NCBI RefSeq assembly: GCF_001194135.2
Contig: NC_068991.1
Span: forward strand, 56,039,972-56,103,971
From: Octopus bimaculoides
Taxonomy: Eukaryota
DNA: 64,000 nt
Direction of reading: 5' to 3'
The notes beneath the pieces were generated by a model. It saw only the letters and a list, made by a program, of their open reading frames with translations. It searched no databases and had not been told where the DNA came from. The position numbers were made by a program, and so were the translations under genes. Below are positions 14,803 through 28,218 of this stretch, in pieces (the stretch's first letter is position 1; each line of letters opens with the position of its first letter).

Positions 14803-17238
14803 CATAAGATACTGTATTGGATCACCCTCATTGCCATACCCATTACACTAACACCTCCCTGTTGTGTTACAAGCCAGCACTCTGTCTCTCTGTTGAGTCA
14901 CCTCCATTGTTATCCATCACGTATTGCTTTTATCTCATCACCCACCCTTACCTTTGTTCACCACAAACCTTGCCTGTCTTTCTCCTCTTGATTCTACCCC
15001 CAAATATCCCTTACTCTTGCTTCTTCCACCTTCCCACTCATGCTGGTCCTTCTAATGTCATTACTCTTTCTTTCTCTCTCCCACCATTTCCCCTCCTCAG
15101 TCACCTGAGTAAATGTACACACCCTAGTTTGTTCAGTATCCTGTACACTTATACTCCTATTCTCCTTCTCAACCCTAATGCTGCACTCCCTCAGGTGAAT
15201 GGTGAGCAAGACTACTTCTCTTACAAAAAAATACTAGTAAAGTGGTTTGCAAACAATTAGAGAAAGTTTAGGATTGTGAGTCCTGTTCCTGAGGACTATT
15301 CAACCATTCTAGTGTTGGTGCCATAAGAAAATGAATTCAGTACACTTTGTAAAGTAGTTGATGAGAGGAAGGTCATCCAGCTGTAGAAACCAATCCAAAT
15401 TATCTGTTTGAGCATCCTCCCAATAAGAAATGGCTCAGTTCATAATGACTCATCCAACCCATGCCAGCTTGCAAAGTGAATATAAAATGATGAGATTTAG
15501 AATTAAAGTTGCTGTCTTTTCTTCATATTTTTTGTTAGTTTCAATAAATTATTTTCTCTCTCATAAATTATTCAGTATGTTATTAAAAGAAATGATTGTA
15601 AATAGTTAATTAGGTTAAGATTTTTGAAAATATATATTCTTAAGTTTGATAAAATAAAACATTTTACTACAATGTAATATCTATTTACAAGATATGTAAG
15701 ATATAATTGGATCAATTTATTCATTATGTGTCTTCATCAAAATTGTAATCCTTTCGGAAATAGAAGTGGCAATTCAAAGACAAGGTCCTTTTTTAATTAT
15801 AAATATAATTTAATCAGTGAACTGAACACATGTTTGTCTAGAAATTAATTCACAGTGCTGTCACACATGTATTTTGTTATTAAGTACAGTGATTGTTTTT
15901 GCTACTTCTTCTTCAAATCAGTATTGTCCATACGAGTGCAGTACTTAAAGCTTAATAGCAAATAAGGAGATGCAATTAATTTTTGGATATGATTGATTGT
16001 CCAGTTTAGATGTGTTGGAGAGAGAGAGAGAGAGATGCTATTGAAATAAACTCATTTAGAATATTTTCCATAAACCAATTTATTGTATTTAATCAGGAAA
16101 ATAATTTAGAGAAAAATTTAGATGTTTAAGTTCTTGAAGGTTAATTCAAAATTAATATTTTTTTAATATAGTTTAGCTTCTTTTTCTTTTAACCTTCTTC
16201 CTTTTTCTTAATATCCTCTTGTACTCACATTTTTGTTCTCACTCTCTCTTTTTACTCCCCTCTCATTTTCTTCTCTATTAATGTATTTCTTTACAAAATC
16301 TGCAATTTCTGATTTGTTCAATCTGTTACATGACTCTTTTTTAAAACCTTTTTTCTTGTTTTTTTTTCAGAATTTGGGTAGTTTTGGGCCTTTGAAATGC
16401 AAGGAAATATATGCATTAGATAAACTTCAAAAGCAATCTCAAATTCTTGAAAATTTAATACATCTTGCTAAAGCTGGGAGTGAAATTGACTTACATTCTG
16501 GTAAATAATCTTCAGTAACATAAATATCAATTAATATAAATTGAAATGATTTAATGTGACAAATTTGAAATATATATAATGGTCAAGAAAAAAGAAAAAA
16601 CAAAACTGTGTGAAATGATATAAGAGAGTAGAGGTTTGATCATTCATCTTGTTGATTGTGGTTAGAAAACATGTGAGAAAAGTATTGTTGATGATATGAT
16701 AGTGATAAGGTTATTATTGACTTAAAAGTTTAACTATGTTCGTTAACTGAGTCTCAATTCACATATTCTTCCAAGTTACATGAAAACACTTGACTAATTG
16801 TAGTGTTATGTTTCTCTCATCAGGTTGTGTGCATGTGATCTTATATGCTTGGTTGGTTGCTTAAGGTGTTTTGAATCTGTAAACATTGATTTCTAGAAAT
16901 GTCAATGAAGCAAATGTTTGAAAAAGTGATATAATAATAATTCTTTCTAATTTTGGTACAAGTCCAGCAAATTTTAGGGGAGGGAGCAAGTTGATTACAT
17001 TGACTCCAGTTCTTGACTGGTACTTTATTTTATTGACCTCGAAAGGATGAAGATAAAGTCAACCTCAGTGGAATTTCTACTCCTCATTGTCACTGCTCAC
17101 ACTTTCAGTTATATCTAAACTTCTCTTAACTTACATGTGCCCTAGCTCACTGGGTGTTGACCTCGCAAGTGATTGTAACAAACACGCAGATTAAAAGAAA
17201 AATAATAGATAATATTAAAGAACAAAGTAACCTTGAGA

Positions 17239-17282
<44 letters not shown>

Positions 17283-18993
17283 AACATGGACAAGAGTGGA
17301 GAAAGTGACCTCTGTAATTGATGATTACACCATACATCACCAATGATCATTTCTATTGTGCCAGCATGTTTAGATGTAGAAAAAAGGTACAAAATACGAT
17401 GAACAATAATATTACTTCTGCTGTTGTTATTACTGCCACCTATTACAATAACTACTACTATTAAATAGTTGCAGGCATGGACCTGTGATTAAGAATTTCA
17501 CTTTGCAACCGTGCTGATCCCAGTTAATTCTATTTGAATTTATTGGTATCTGATTGTTTGATGTAATTAACCAAGTTTGCTGAAAAGGAATGATGACACC
17601 TGGCTGGAGAGGTGATGATGCAGCAATGGACTGGAGGTCGAATACTGGTTAGTTGAAACAGTAGGTGGAGGTGCTCACATCAGGGTGGGGGTGGAAAGAA
17701 ATGCACTGTAAAGATATTGAAAGGAAGGCCATGAAAGTGTGCATTCTCTCCTGATGACCCCTGAAACTTTTCTGGCATCTGCTATGCAGAGTTTTCAACT
17801 GTCTGCACTTGCACTAGCAAGCTGTTTCCAGATCTTTGAGTGCTTTCTAGATATCTGCCTGAATGTATTAATCCCTTTTACTTCTTATTTCATGTATATA
17901 TATATATATATATATATATNNNNNNNNNNNNNNNNNNNNNNNNNNNNNNNNNNNNNNNNNNNNNNNNNNNNNNNNNNNNNNNNNNNNNNNNNNNNNNNNN
18001 NNNNNNNNNNNNNNNNNNNNNNNNNNNNNNNNNNNNNNNNNNCACAATAAATGTTCATATAGCACAAAGAGCAAAGACGAAGACAAAATAAACTAGTAAA
18101 AATAACTGGATAATTCCAGTTATTTTTACTAGTTTATTTTGTCTTCGTCTTCGCTCTTTGTGCTATATGAACATTTATTGTGGTTTAGAGTCAAGATTTG
18201 ACTGCTATTTTTCAGTGTGGCAGTATCTCTTAGATACCCTATATTATAATTTATATATATATATATATATATATTTACATATGATAGGCTTTAGCACTGT
18301 TTCTGTCAAACAAGACATCAGTCAAACTAAGCCTATTATAGAAAACATTTGCCCAAGATGGCATGTAGTGTGATCAAACCTAATCAGCATGGTTGCAAAG
18401 TGAAATTCTGAATTACAGGTCCTTACCTGCACCTATTTAATAGTAGTAGCTGTTGTAATAGGTGGTTGTAGTAACAACATGTCCCTCTTATATGCTCTGA
18501 TATACTGGATATACAAGTAACAGTAAGTTCCTGGACATACATTATATTATAATTTTTCACCTGATTTTCCTCCACATTTGTACGGTGTGATTTGGTGTCA
18601 CAATGTCTCACTACTTATCATTATTGTTTGTCATATGGTGCACACTCACTGCAACAAGAATAACAAGGGGTCATTTCTACCTTTTACCACTTCCATTCAT
18701 TTTTCTCTGTTTTTTTGGTATTCTAATTTCATTATTGTAATGATATGGCTTTGTATGTCTTGAGTATTTGAAATTTATTAAATTCTTTTCCTCTGTCTAT
18801 GTCTTCTGCCAGTTTTAGGTGAACATCTTAATGATAAACAGTTGAAGGAGTTCTGGGTACAGTGCGTTGATAGAAATGTTCTGGTGGTCCCTGCTGAGAA
18901 GCTCATTACTATGATGGAGCAGAAATTATTGCATCGCTTCCAAGAACCCTGTGATGTCAAACCTACCCGAGGTAACCTGTCTGTCTGTCTCTT

Positions 18994-19041
<48 letters not shown>

Positions 19042-20532
19042 ATGTTATTGGTTGCCTTTTACCTTTTCTTTCTTTCTTCTTTCTTAATCTTTTTCAATAT
19101 AAGATCAAGTGACATTTCCAAAATTTTGGAATTTAGTAGTTTCTAGTAGGGTTAATTTTATGATCAGTTAATTTGGTAAAATAAAAAGAATACCAATGCA
19201 GAACAGTAAAACTAGTACTTATTAGAACTAAGTGAATCCAATTTTGAAGACCAAACAGACTGACTGGGGACAATGAGATTTACCTAAATGAAATATCTAC
19301 CTCATTAATTTTGGATATATTGCTTGGAAACCAGTAAGAGTTAGCAACAGGAAGAGCATTTAATTGATGTCATACACACGACATCAACTGATGGTCCCAA
19401 TTGCTCTTTAGCCAACTCCTCAGTGAGTTAAATTTAGTATAGAGCAGTTAATTAGAGAAAGATATTGTATTTTGCCTTAGAGCTTTGTGTAAGCTAAATT
19501 TATAAATTTTGTTCCTTCAATAAACAGTGTTCAACATGATAAAAAAAATTTAAACAATAACACTTCCTCATACTACAACTACTAATTTTATTCCCCATTT
19601 TATTTTATTGCTTAACATGCTCTTATACAATAATAATCTCTTATTTATGGAAGATTGGTCATATTTCTGTATGTGATGGTGATTAGTTGTTGATATTGAT
19701 AGGAAACTAAACTAATCATTGTCAATATAACAACCTGTACATAAAGCAGATATATCACAGAAAGCTCAATTAACTGTAGTATTCATCTTGATATAATATC
19801 TATATCTCTTATACATGTACAGTATTAACACAATAACACTGTATGTTTATAAGAGATTGTCTCAGAACAAATACTGCAGTTAATTTGGGTTTCTGAGGTG
19901 TATTTGCATTAAGTATGATACATAGCTTGCTATTTTAAACTAATATTGTTTCTGTTGCACATAAGAAATTTTTAATATAACTAAATGTGTATTTTTTTTC
20001 TTTAAATTTTCAGTATTTTGTCATTTGGTTAGTCGTATTCTTGACATCTCTGATGCTGAGCTGAAAATGACCCAGAACCTCTATATCACACTTTTCCAAT
20101 TTTCACTGTTCTTTAGAAATGAAGGATTTACTCTTGTTGACAAAATTATTGAAGAAAGTAAGTAAAATTTCTGATCACTGCATTTTCATGATTGATTTCA
20201 TGGTGTATTTAGCTACAAACTTGTTGGTTGAGAGTTTGAATCCACAGCAAGCATGTCTGTTTTCTTTGGCAAAACACTTACCTTTATGGACCTCATTTCA
20301 TTTAACTATCCAGTGGTATGCACCTGACTTTTTCATAAAGGTCAATAGGATTGTTTATCCATAATGGATTACAAAAGGTCAAACAACTATTTCTTATTAC
20401 TCTCTTTGTGCAATATCTTTTATCTTTTACTTGTTTTATTTGGACTATGGTCATGCTGGGGCACCACCTTGAAGGGTTCATTTAGACAAATCAACCCCAG
20501 TACCAATCTTTTTAAGTTTGGTACTTACTCTC

Positions 20533-20563
<31 letters not shown>

Positions 20564-23500
20564 TTTCCCAAACTGCTCAGTTTTAAAGATGTAAAGAAAC
20601 CAACTCTGGTTATCAAATAACAGAGGGAGACAAACACAAAGATACACACACACATGCCCCCACACACACACACATGCCCACACACACACACACATGCCCA
20701 CACACACACACAGACACACACAAAATGGGCTTCCACACAGTTTCCTTCAACCAAATCCACTCGTAAAACATTGGTTGACCAGGGTCTATAGTAGAAAACA
20801 CTTGCCCAAGTGCTACATAGTGGGACTGAACCCAAGACCACATGGTTGCAAAGAGTTTATTAATTCAAAGTTAAATTGAAAAAAAAAAATTGTAATTGAT
20901 TTTCTGTCCAGTAAGACTGAAGTAATAGTTTTGTAAACAATTTTAAAGAGACTGTAGAGAATCTTGGTTACACTTGAAACAGAAAATATTTTAGTGGCGC
21001 TTGCCTAAAATAAAGATGATATTTAAGAGGTTAAATTGTAAAATGAGAATAATGGTTTGTAGTAAAATTGTGGAATAGACTAAATAGTTAGAAGTTATTT
21101 TGTAATTTCCTTAAATACTTTTACTTTTCTTTGTTTCAGTGGCCAACCTTAGCCACTGCCTTGAAGAATTTTAATCAAATGAATCAACCCCTTTTTTTTT
21201 TTTTCTAAAGTCTGGTACATTTTCTATTGGTCTCTTTTACTGAACTGCTTAAGTTATGGGTATGTAAGCACATCAACACCAGTTGCCAAGCAGTGGTGGA
21301 GACACAGACACACATAATACATTCATATATATGTGTGTATGTATGTATGTGTGTGTTTGTGCATACACATATGCGATGGGCTTCTTTCAATTTTTGTCTA
21401 CCAAATCCACTCACAAGGCTTTGGTTGACCCAAGGCTATAGCAGAAGACATGTGCTTAAGGTTCCATGAAGTGACACTGAACCCATAACTATGTGATTGG
21501 GAAGCAAACTTCTTACCATTGAGCCACATCTAGGAATAATAAATTCTTCACTTAAGTTACAAGAAGGCCGCTATGTTTTCAGTATTTAAATACTTCCTAG
21601 GTTAATTGCTTGTTATTTCTTATCTTAATATTGACAACATACTATTTAACTAATTTTAGGGTATTAGATTTAGCTAATGTTAAGGTAGTGAGCCTGCAGA
21701 ATCAGATAAAATGCTTAGTACTTTTTCTTCTGGTTCTTTGATGTTCTGAGTTCAAATCCTGCTAAGGTAAACTTTGCCTTTCATCCCATCAGGGTTGATA
21801 AAGGACCAGTCAAGTACTTGGGTCAATATAATGGACTTGCCCCTTTCCCTCAAAATTGAACCCTGCAATGAACTGATGCCTCATTCAAGGGGAATGTTAT
21901 GATCTTGGTCACTTATATCATGGAAACTGGGTAACCAGCCTTATGAGGCCTAGGGCTTGAGGGGGAAAATGGTATTAGAAGTATCTGAGAAAGTTACCAT
22001 AATCATTACTATTAATTCTCATAACCAGTACTTTTCTGTGATCTGACAAGCTATATACTCTAGCTGACTAAAAATATATTCAAAATTTCTAAACAGACCA
22101 CAGAGAAAACTAAAAGACTCATTGGTAAGCTTAGATGAAAGAATAACATTATTTTTTAGAATATTTACAAATATTTAAATAAAAGGCAAAAAAACGCAAC
22201 ATGCAAATTGCTGAACTTTCAGATACCAAAATAGAATCAGAATATCAGCTGACATTTTCTTAAAGTGAAGATTGAACATTATCAATCTGTCATGAGCTGT
22301 CAGTGCTGTTTGAACAATTTTTATCATTATTTGATTGTATGTAGGGTCACAATTGAATTTATACCAATCAATATTTTTGACAACAGCAAAAATCATAAGT
22401 GAAACCAAAAGTCTTTATCAAAAAGGTGTAAAAACAAAACAAAAAGGGATTTTCTATTGAAACAAACTGTTTCCTGTTAAGTAATGCCTCATGAGCTTTT
22501 ATAGTTCTTTGGTCTTCCTAAAAGCATTTTATCCCATTGCTCACAAACTTCGAAATTTGGTTGTTATTGCATTTGGTTTCTGTAAGTAGAGCACTTTCAG
22601 GGAAAAAAAACCCTTGAGATGAAGTGGGAAAGTTTTTATTTATATATGTATTTATTCAAAAGTATGCTCATTTGTAATATTGAAGGGAAGGGAATATATT
22701 ATAGTCCCTCATAAATAGTAATATTCCTACCACCAATCTATACTCAGTTTGATGTTTACCAAAAATACAAAGAACTTTATCATTATTTGATAGCACATAA
22801 GATGCACATTTTATCTAAAGAAAAATGTCTCAAAAAAATAATCCCAGGCCCTTTATGTGAAGTTGGGCCTCCCATAAGTTAATTTTGTCCCTGCTATTCA
22901 ATACTATAGGCTAATTTTAATCCAGACAGTCTCTTCTACTTAGGCTATCTTGATAATAATTATGATATTTACTTAAGCATTATTATTATTATTACTTGCA
23001 CTGTAAAACGAATTATCACAACAATGATCTGGCAATGTTCACTAGTACTAGCTTTAATGCACTAAAAATTTGTTCTCTTGAATATACATTGCTGAAATTG
23101 GGGTGCATCGAATATGCTTGTGTGTCTCTTATGCTATCAAATACAGTAGTTATTTAGTTATGTATTAATGAAAAAAAAAAAAAAGATTACTTTTGAAACC
23201 AATTTAAAGTTCAAACTTACACTTTATTTTCAGTTTCTATCAGTGATAAACTGTGTTCAGGTAATGCTGAAGTTGCCATTAATTGTATAGAAAGGCTTCA
23301 TGGTAGTGTTGCACCTGCCTTCTGTCTGAAAGTCCTTGGAACTCTGCTCATCTGTGATAACCAAGATATCAGGCAAGCTACTGGTAAGTAATATTGGATT
23401 AAATTCTAATTACGAGTGTTTAAAATGAAGAATTGTCTTGTTAATTTTATCCCTCCAAATTTTCGCTTATGAGTGTATATGCTGATAACATAATGTAACA

Positions 23501-26500
23501 TACTATATTATGTGATATAATAGAGATATAAACACAAAGAAACTCAGTGACATCTAGACTGAGGTACTGGACTACTTGTGTCATTGTGCTGTACCCTTCA
23601 GCAAAGCACCTAAATCTGTTTGCTTGACTGACCAAGCAGAAGGAAAAAAAAAAGTTTCACTCTATGGTTGAGTTGTTAGCTGTGAAAAGAAAAAGCATTT
23701 TCAAGTAACAGCACCAAAAATTAATCAACCAAGCCATGCAAGTATGGAAAAAGAGATGTAATACCAAAATGCTGTCTAACATGTCTTAACTACAGACACA
23801 TAATTTTTTATGTAATTTAGAAAAGTATATGCCTTGTATCATTTCTGACTTAAAACTGTTTTTCCTTAACTCCTGTGAAAAAAAACAACAGTTTTTAAAA
23901 AAATATATGTGAATATGTATTTGTTAATCTTTATGTCCATCATGTGTCATGCTGTAGAGTTCTGCTCTCTAATTTATCAGGTTTTCTCTTCTATTGCTAA
24001 TGTAATAGACTTTTTTTTCCTGCTATTAAATGCTCTATACTATTGCAAAACTTGCTGAATGTATCCTGTTTCCACTTTGTTCTTATCCTTTACTATTTAC
24101 CTCTCTACTTCTGACCATCTCTACTGTATTTCTCTCTTCTAATCCCACTTCTAAATTCATGTAAATTAGACTTTGAGGAATACCACTTACTTCCCTTTAT
24201 ATTTTCCTGTCATACCCTAACATGCAACTGTTGAAACAACACACTTTCTCCCACTAAGTAAATGTCATGGGAAGAGAGGCAGTACCCTTGCTCTTTGAAC
24301 CCGACTCTTCAAATTGATGTGGCTAATGTCCAATTTAAACAACAACAGAGAATAAAATATGAATGGAGAAAGAATGTGCAAGGGAAATTCAGTCTGAATA
24401 TTTGCTGAGTGAATACCACTTGGTACTGAAGGATCAGTTAGCCATGTTAAACCAATCTCACTCATCTCACAAATTTCTAATCTATTAGTTTGATGCACAC
24501 TAATAAAATTTTCAGATTTTACCAGTTTTTTAATCGTGACATTACTTGTAAGTACTTCATTTTACTCTCATTCCATTCTTTCAGCATCTTACTTACGGAA
24601 TCTCCAGCAAAGCCGCCTTTCTCGTGATAAGGTTTGTATTCCAGACTTGTATGTTAGATGTGTTTCTTCTTATTTTTCATGTCCTTATATTTTTTTTTTT
24701 TTTATCCTTGAAGTTTATTAGCAGAATTTGAAAATCTGTTCATTTCATCTGTCTTTATGATCTGAGATCAAATGCCTCTAGGGTTGACTTTACTGTTCCC
24801 CCACCTGCAAATTGCTGGCTCTGTATCAAAATTTGAAACCAATTATACTGTCACGCTTGCATCTCTGTGAATAGTTATATTTTGTGAATATTTGACTTAT
24901 ATCAATGGATCAAAATTTTGTTGGTTTATGGCAGTGCAATATTAACAGTAGAGGCAGAGGACTAGGATAATGAAAGAAGTATTAGCTTAACACAAACTTT
25001 TAACACTACGTTGTGAACTTAAAGATAATACTGGTTGACAGTGAAATGGCTGGAGATTACATTGTTGTGTCTCTAGTTATTCCAATTGCTCCAGTAACAA
25101 TTAGACTATACTTTGTTGAGGAGGTCCAGTACTACAAAAATAGGCTTGGCATTGTCACTCTACTGCTAAAGATCAAGCTCACATTCCATTCCATTCCATT
25201 CCATAGGAAATTTTCTCTCTGTCTTTTTTTCACCAGAATCACTCATTTATAAAACAGTTGTTTTTATTATTAAGTGTGTAATTTTACTTACTACTGCAAG
25301 TATGCTACCATTCTTTTCCCTTTCATTTTTTAAATTTATGATGTCATTCTGTGATCATTCATGAAATTCCATATACTTCTCTAATTATCTAAGTTTTTTG
25401 AGATCAAAGGTTAGGCTAGGCTCTTTTGAGGAGGCCCAATAAGACTGAAACATATCCAGAGTTATTACAACACTGTTAAAGATCAAACTCACATGCTACT
25501 GCATTCCGTATTTAATTCATTGTAATTTAAATTGTCTTCATCTGCCCTTTTTTTACCAATATTAATCAATTAGAAAATTATTGTTCTCTAACATTGTTAA
25601 TGCAAGTATTTTCTGACAAGATACTTATGCGAACATCTAATCAGTGGTATTGTTGGTGGAGCAGCTAGGTGTGTCAATGTATATACTCCATATATGGATG
25701 TTTGTTGCCCATTTTTTGGCGAGTTCAGTGTTTATTTTAAAATAAGAACTCTTCACTATTGATATGCCATCCATTATCTAACCATTGAGCCCTCATGCTT
25801 TTGATAATCTGAATCATTAAGTTCATATTCCTTTATTATTCCAGTCACTGGTGGTATATGTTGAAGCTTTAGAAGACCAAACTGCTGAAGTACGGGCAGG
25901 AGCAGCTGTTGCATTATCTCTCTTACGGGTAAATTGTCTTTAACTTCACTGTCAATTTTGTTAATATCTCATGCACACAGATATCACACTTTTTCTTTCA
26001 TTGTTGTTCTTACTGTTGTTGCTATATAAGTAATGATTATAAATTTCATGTAAATATATTAAAGAATGTTTTTATTATATCTCTGTTATACTCCATCCAT
26101 CCATTTTCTCTGCCCACTATTTTTGGGAAGGGTCATAAGGGTAGTTTTTTTCAAGTACTTCCTCTGTAGGATCCTTTCAGAAGCAACTGTCATTGTGCTT
26201 TTTGGTTGGATTCCCAAGTATTACCAACTGAGACTATGGATATTATCCAACCACCTGGTTACCTGACAGCTCAGTTTGAAGAATGCCTTGTGATTCTTTC
26301 CTGCAACATTTTAATCACCTGTCCATAATACTAACTGAGCTGTGATCTATCAATGTGGAGAGGTCGTGGCTCAACTTGGAGAGACTCCGTGATCTCCAAG
26401 TTGTGCACCCTGCCAAGTAACATTATTTCAGAGATCCTTTGGAGGAATCCCATTTGGCCACTTGCAGTCACAATTGCACTCTTTTGATCACATCCCAGCA

Positions 26501-28002
26501 TTCATGACCGTAGGTGAGGATGAGCCTTTACTGTGCCAGCACCTGCAATTCTAGCATCCAGTGTAGCCTCCTGCTTCCCATCAGTTGTGACTATGCCCCT
26601 GAAGTACTTCTCCACTTGCTTCAGTGATGTTCTACTATCATGCAGAGTGCACTGGGAAAACGTTCTTCAGATGGCTAATGTGTCAGTCTTTGCAACACTA
26701 ATTCTCTTCCCTGCCTTGCAGAACTTGGCAGCAAACCCATTCAGTGCATGCAAAAGATCACCGCCTGGTGAACCAAGTAGCACCACATCATCTACAAATA
26801 TCAGCTGACTGATCCTACACCCACTGATTATAATACCACTTCTACATTGGCTGCATGTTGATCCAGTTCAAGGAAATTATAAAAAAGAAGAGGTGATAAT
26901 ATGCACCCCTGCCATAGTCCAACACCTACATTGAAAAATTTTGACTTAATACCATTTACCTGAACACCATGTAAGAACTCTGTAGAAAAAGGAACCCCAG
27001 CCAAGTATGGAAGAGACCTTCTTGTTAGGAAGTTGATGGATGGTCTGCCAGAATATTTTATTGGTCAATCTAAAGTCACAGCCCAACATACCTGCAAAAT
27101 CCTCCCAAAATTTAGCCTTGGGTGCTTTTACTGTTTCCATGGCAACTTTTCATGCCTCAGTGTATTATATATGCAGAAAGGGAGACTTATTTCTAATCTG
27201 AGCTTTTTAAGCCACCTTATTTGCTCAAATGGCATCTATAACTTCCTGGTTAGACTAGGATGTTCTTTTACCACCTGGCACCACACTGAGCCACTTTTGT
27301 TCATAGTATTGCATAGCCAAAGAAGAAACTGTCAAACAGAACAATTTCCATTCCATTTTGACATCTTCAGTTTGTTCTGGAAGGTTTCTAAATTTGGATG
27401 CAATAGTATCTACATATTTGTTTCTTATTCCATCATCCCTTGGGGTTTCTCACTTTATCCTGTTAGTCACCCTGGACAGTTTTGCAGTTTTGTGAGTTCC
27501 CCTTGTAGATATTTTCAGGTTGCAGATAACTGGGTAGTGATCAGTTGATAGCTTAGCCTCTCTCTTTACACGAACACCCAGCTCAGAATCAAAGACATCT
27601 GAGCAATAACAAAATTTGTCAGTGACCTCTTCTCCCTATATCAGACATACTTATGGATATCACTGTGTTGGAAAGAGATGTTTATGATAGAGAGCTCGTT
27701 TCCAGCATAGAAGTCTAGTAAGACCCTTCCATTCCATTGAGTTCAGTGATCAGCGCCAACATGTGCATTGAAATCTTCTTGTAAGACAAATGACTCTGTT
27801 ATACTGATATTTGAAATTAAGTCTTTTATACAGTTCTAGATTTAAGAGATGAGGAATTATGTACATTATTTACATTTGACGGATATTTGTCCTCATCTTG
27901 TTTGTTGTTTAACACGTTTCAGCTGATATACCCTCCAGGCTTCTTCAGGTGTCTTGGGGAAATTTCGAACCTGGGTTCTCATTCCTAAGGTATTTTTCGT
28001 TG

Positions 28003-28051
<49 letters not shown>

Positions 28052-28179
28052 TCACTGCCTGGAATTGAACTTGGAATCTTGGGGTTAATAGCCCGCAATC
28101 TTAACCTTGGGCATGTGGCGTAGTAGTTAAGAGCGTGGGCTACTAACCCAAACATTCCAAGTTCGATTCCAGGCAGTGA

Positions 28180-28218
<39 letters not shown>

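Noticed and set aside
21140-21151. 12-nt microexon (MANL) that would fill an apparent 4-aa gap relative to recalled vertebrate RIPOR
   Set aside because: The acceptor is strong but the only donor would be a poor A|gccact; the gap rests on a remembered alignment; the flanking exons already join in frame.
28109-28184. tRNA gene call for the centre of the palindrome and for SINE heads
   Set aside because: A and B boxes are present, but the acceptor and anticodon stems do not pair convincingly and the sequences sit inside repeats.
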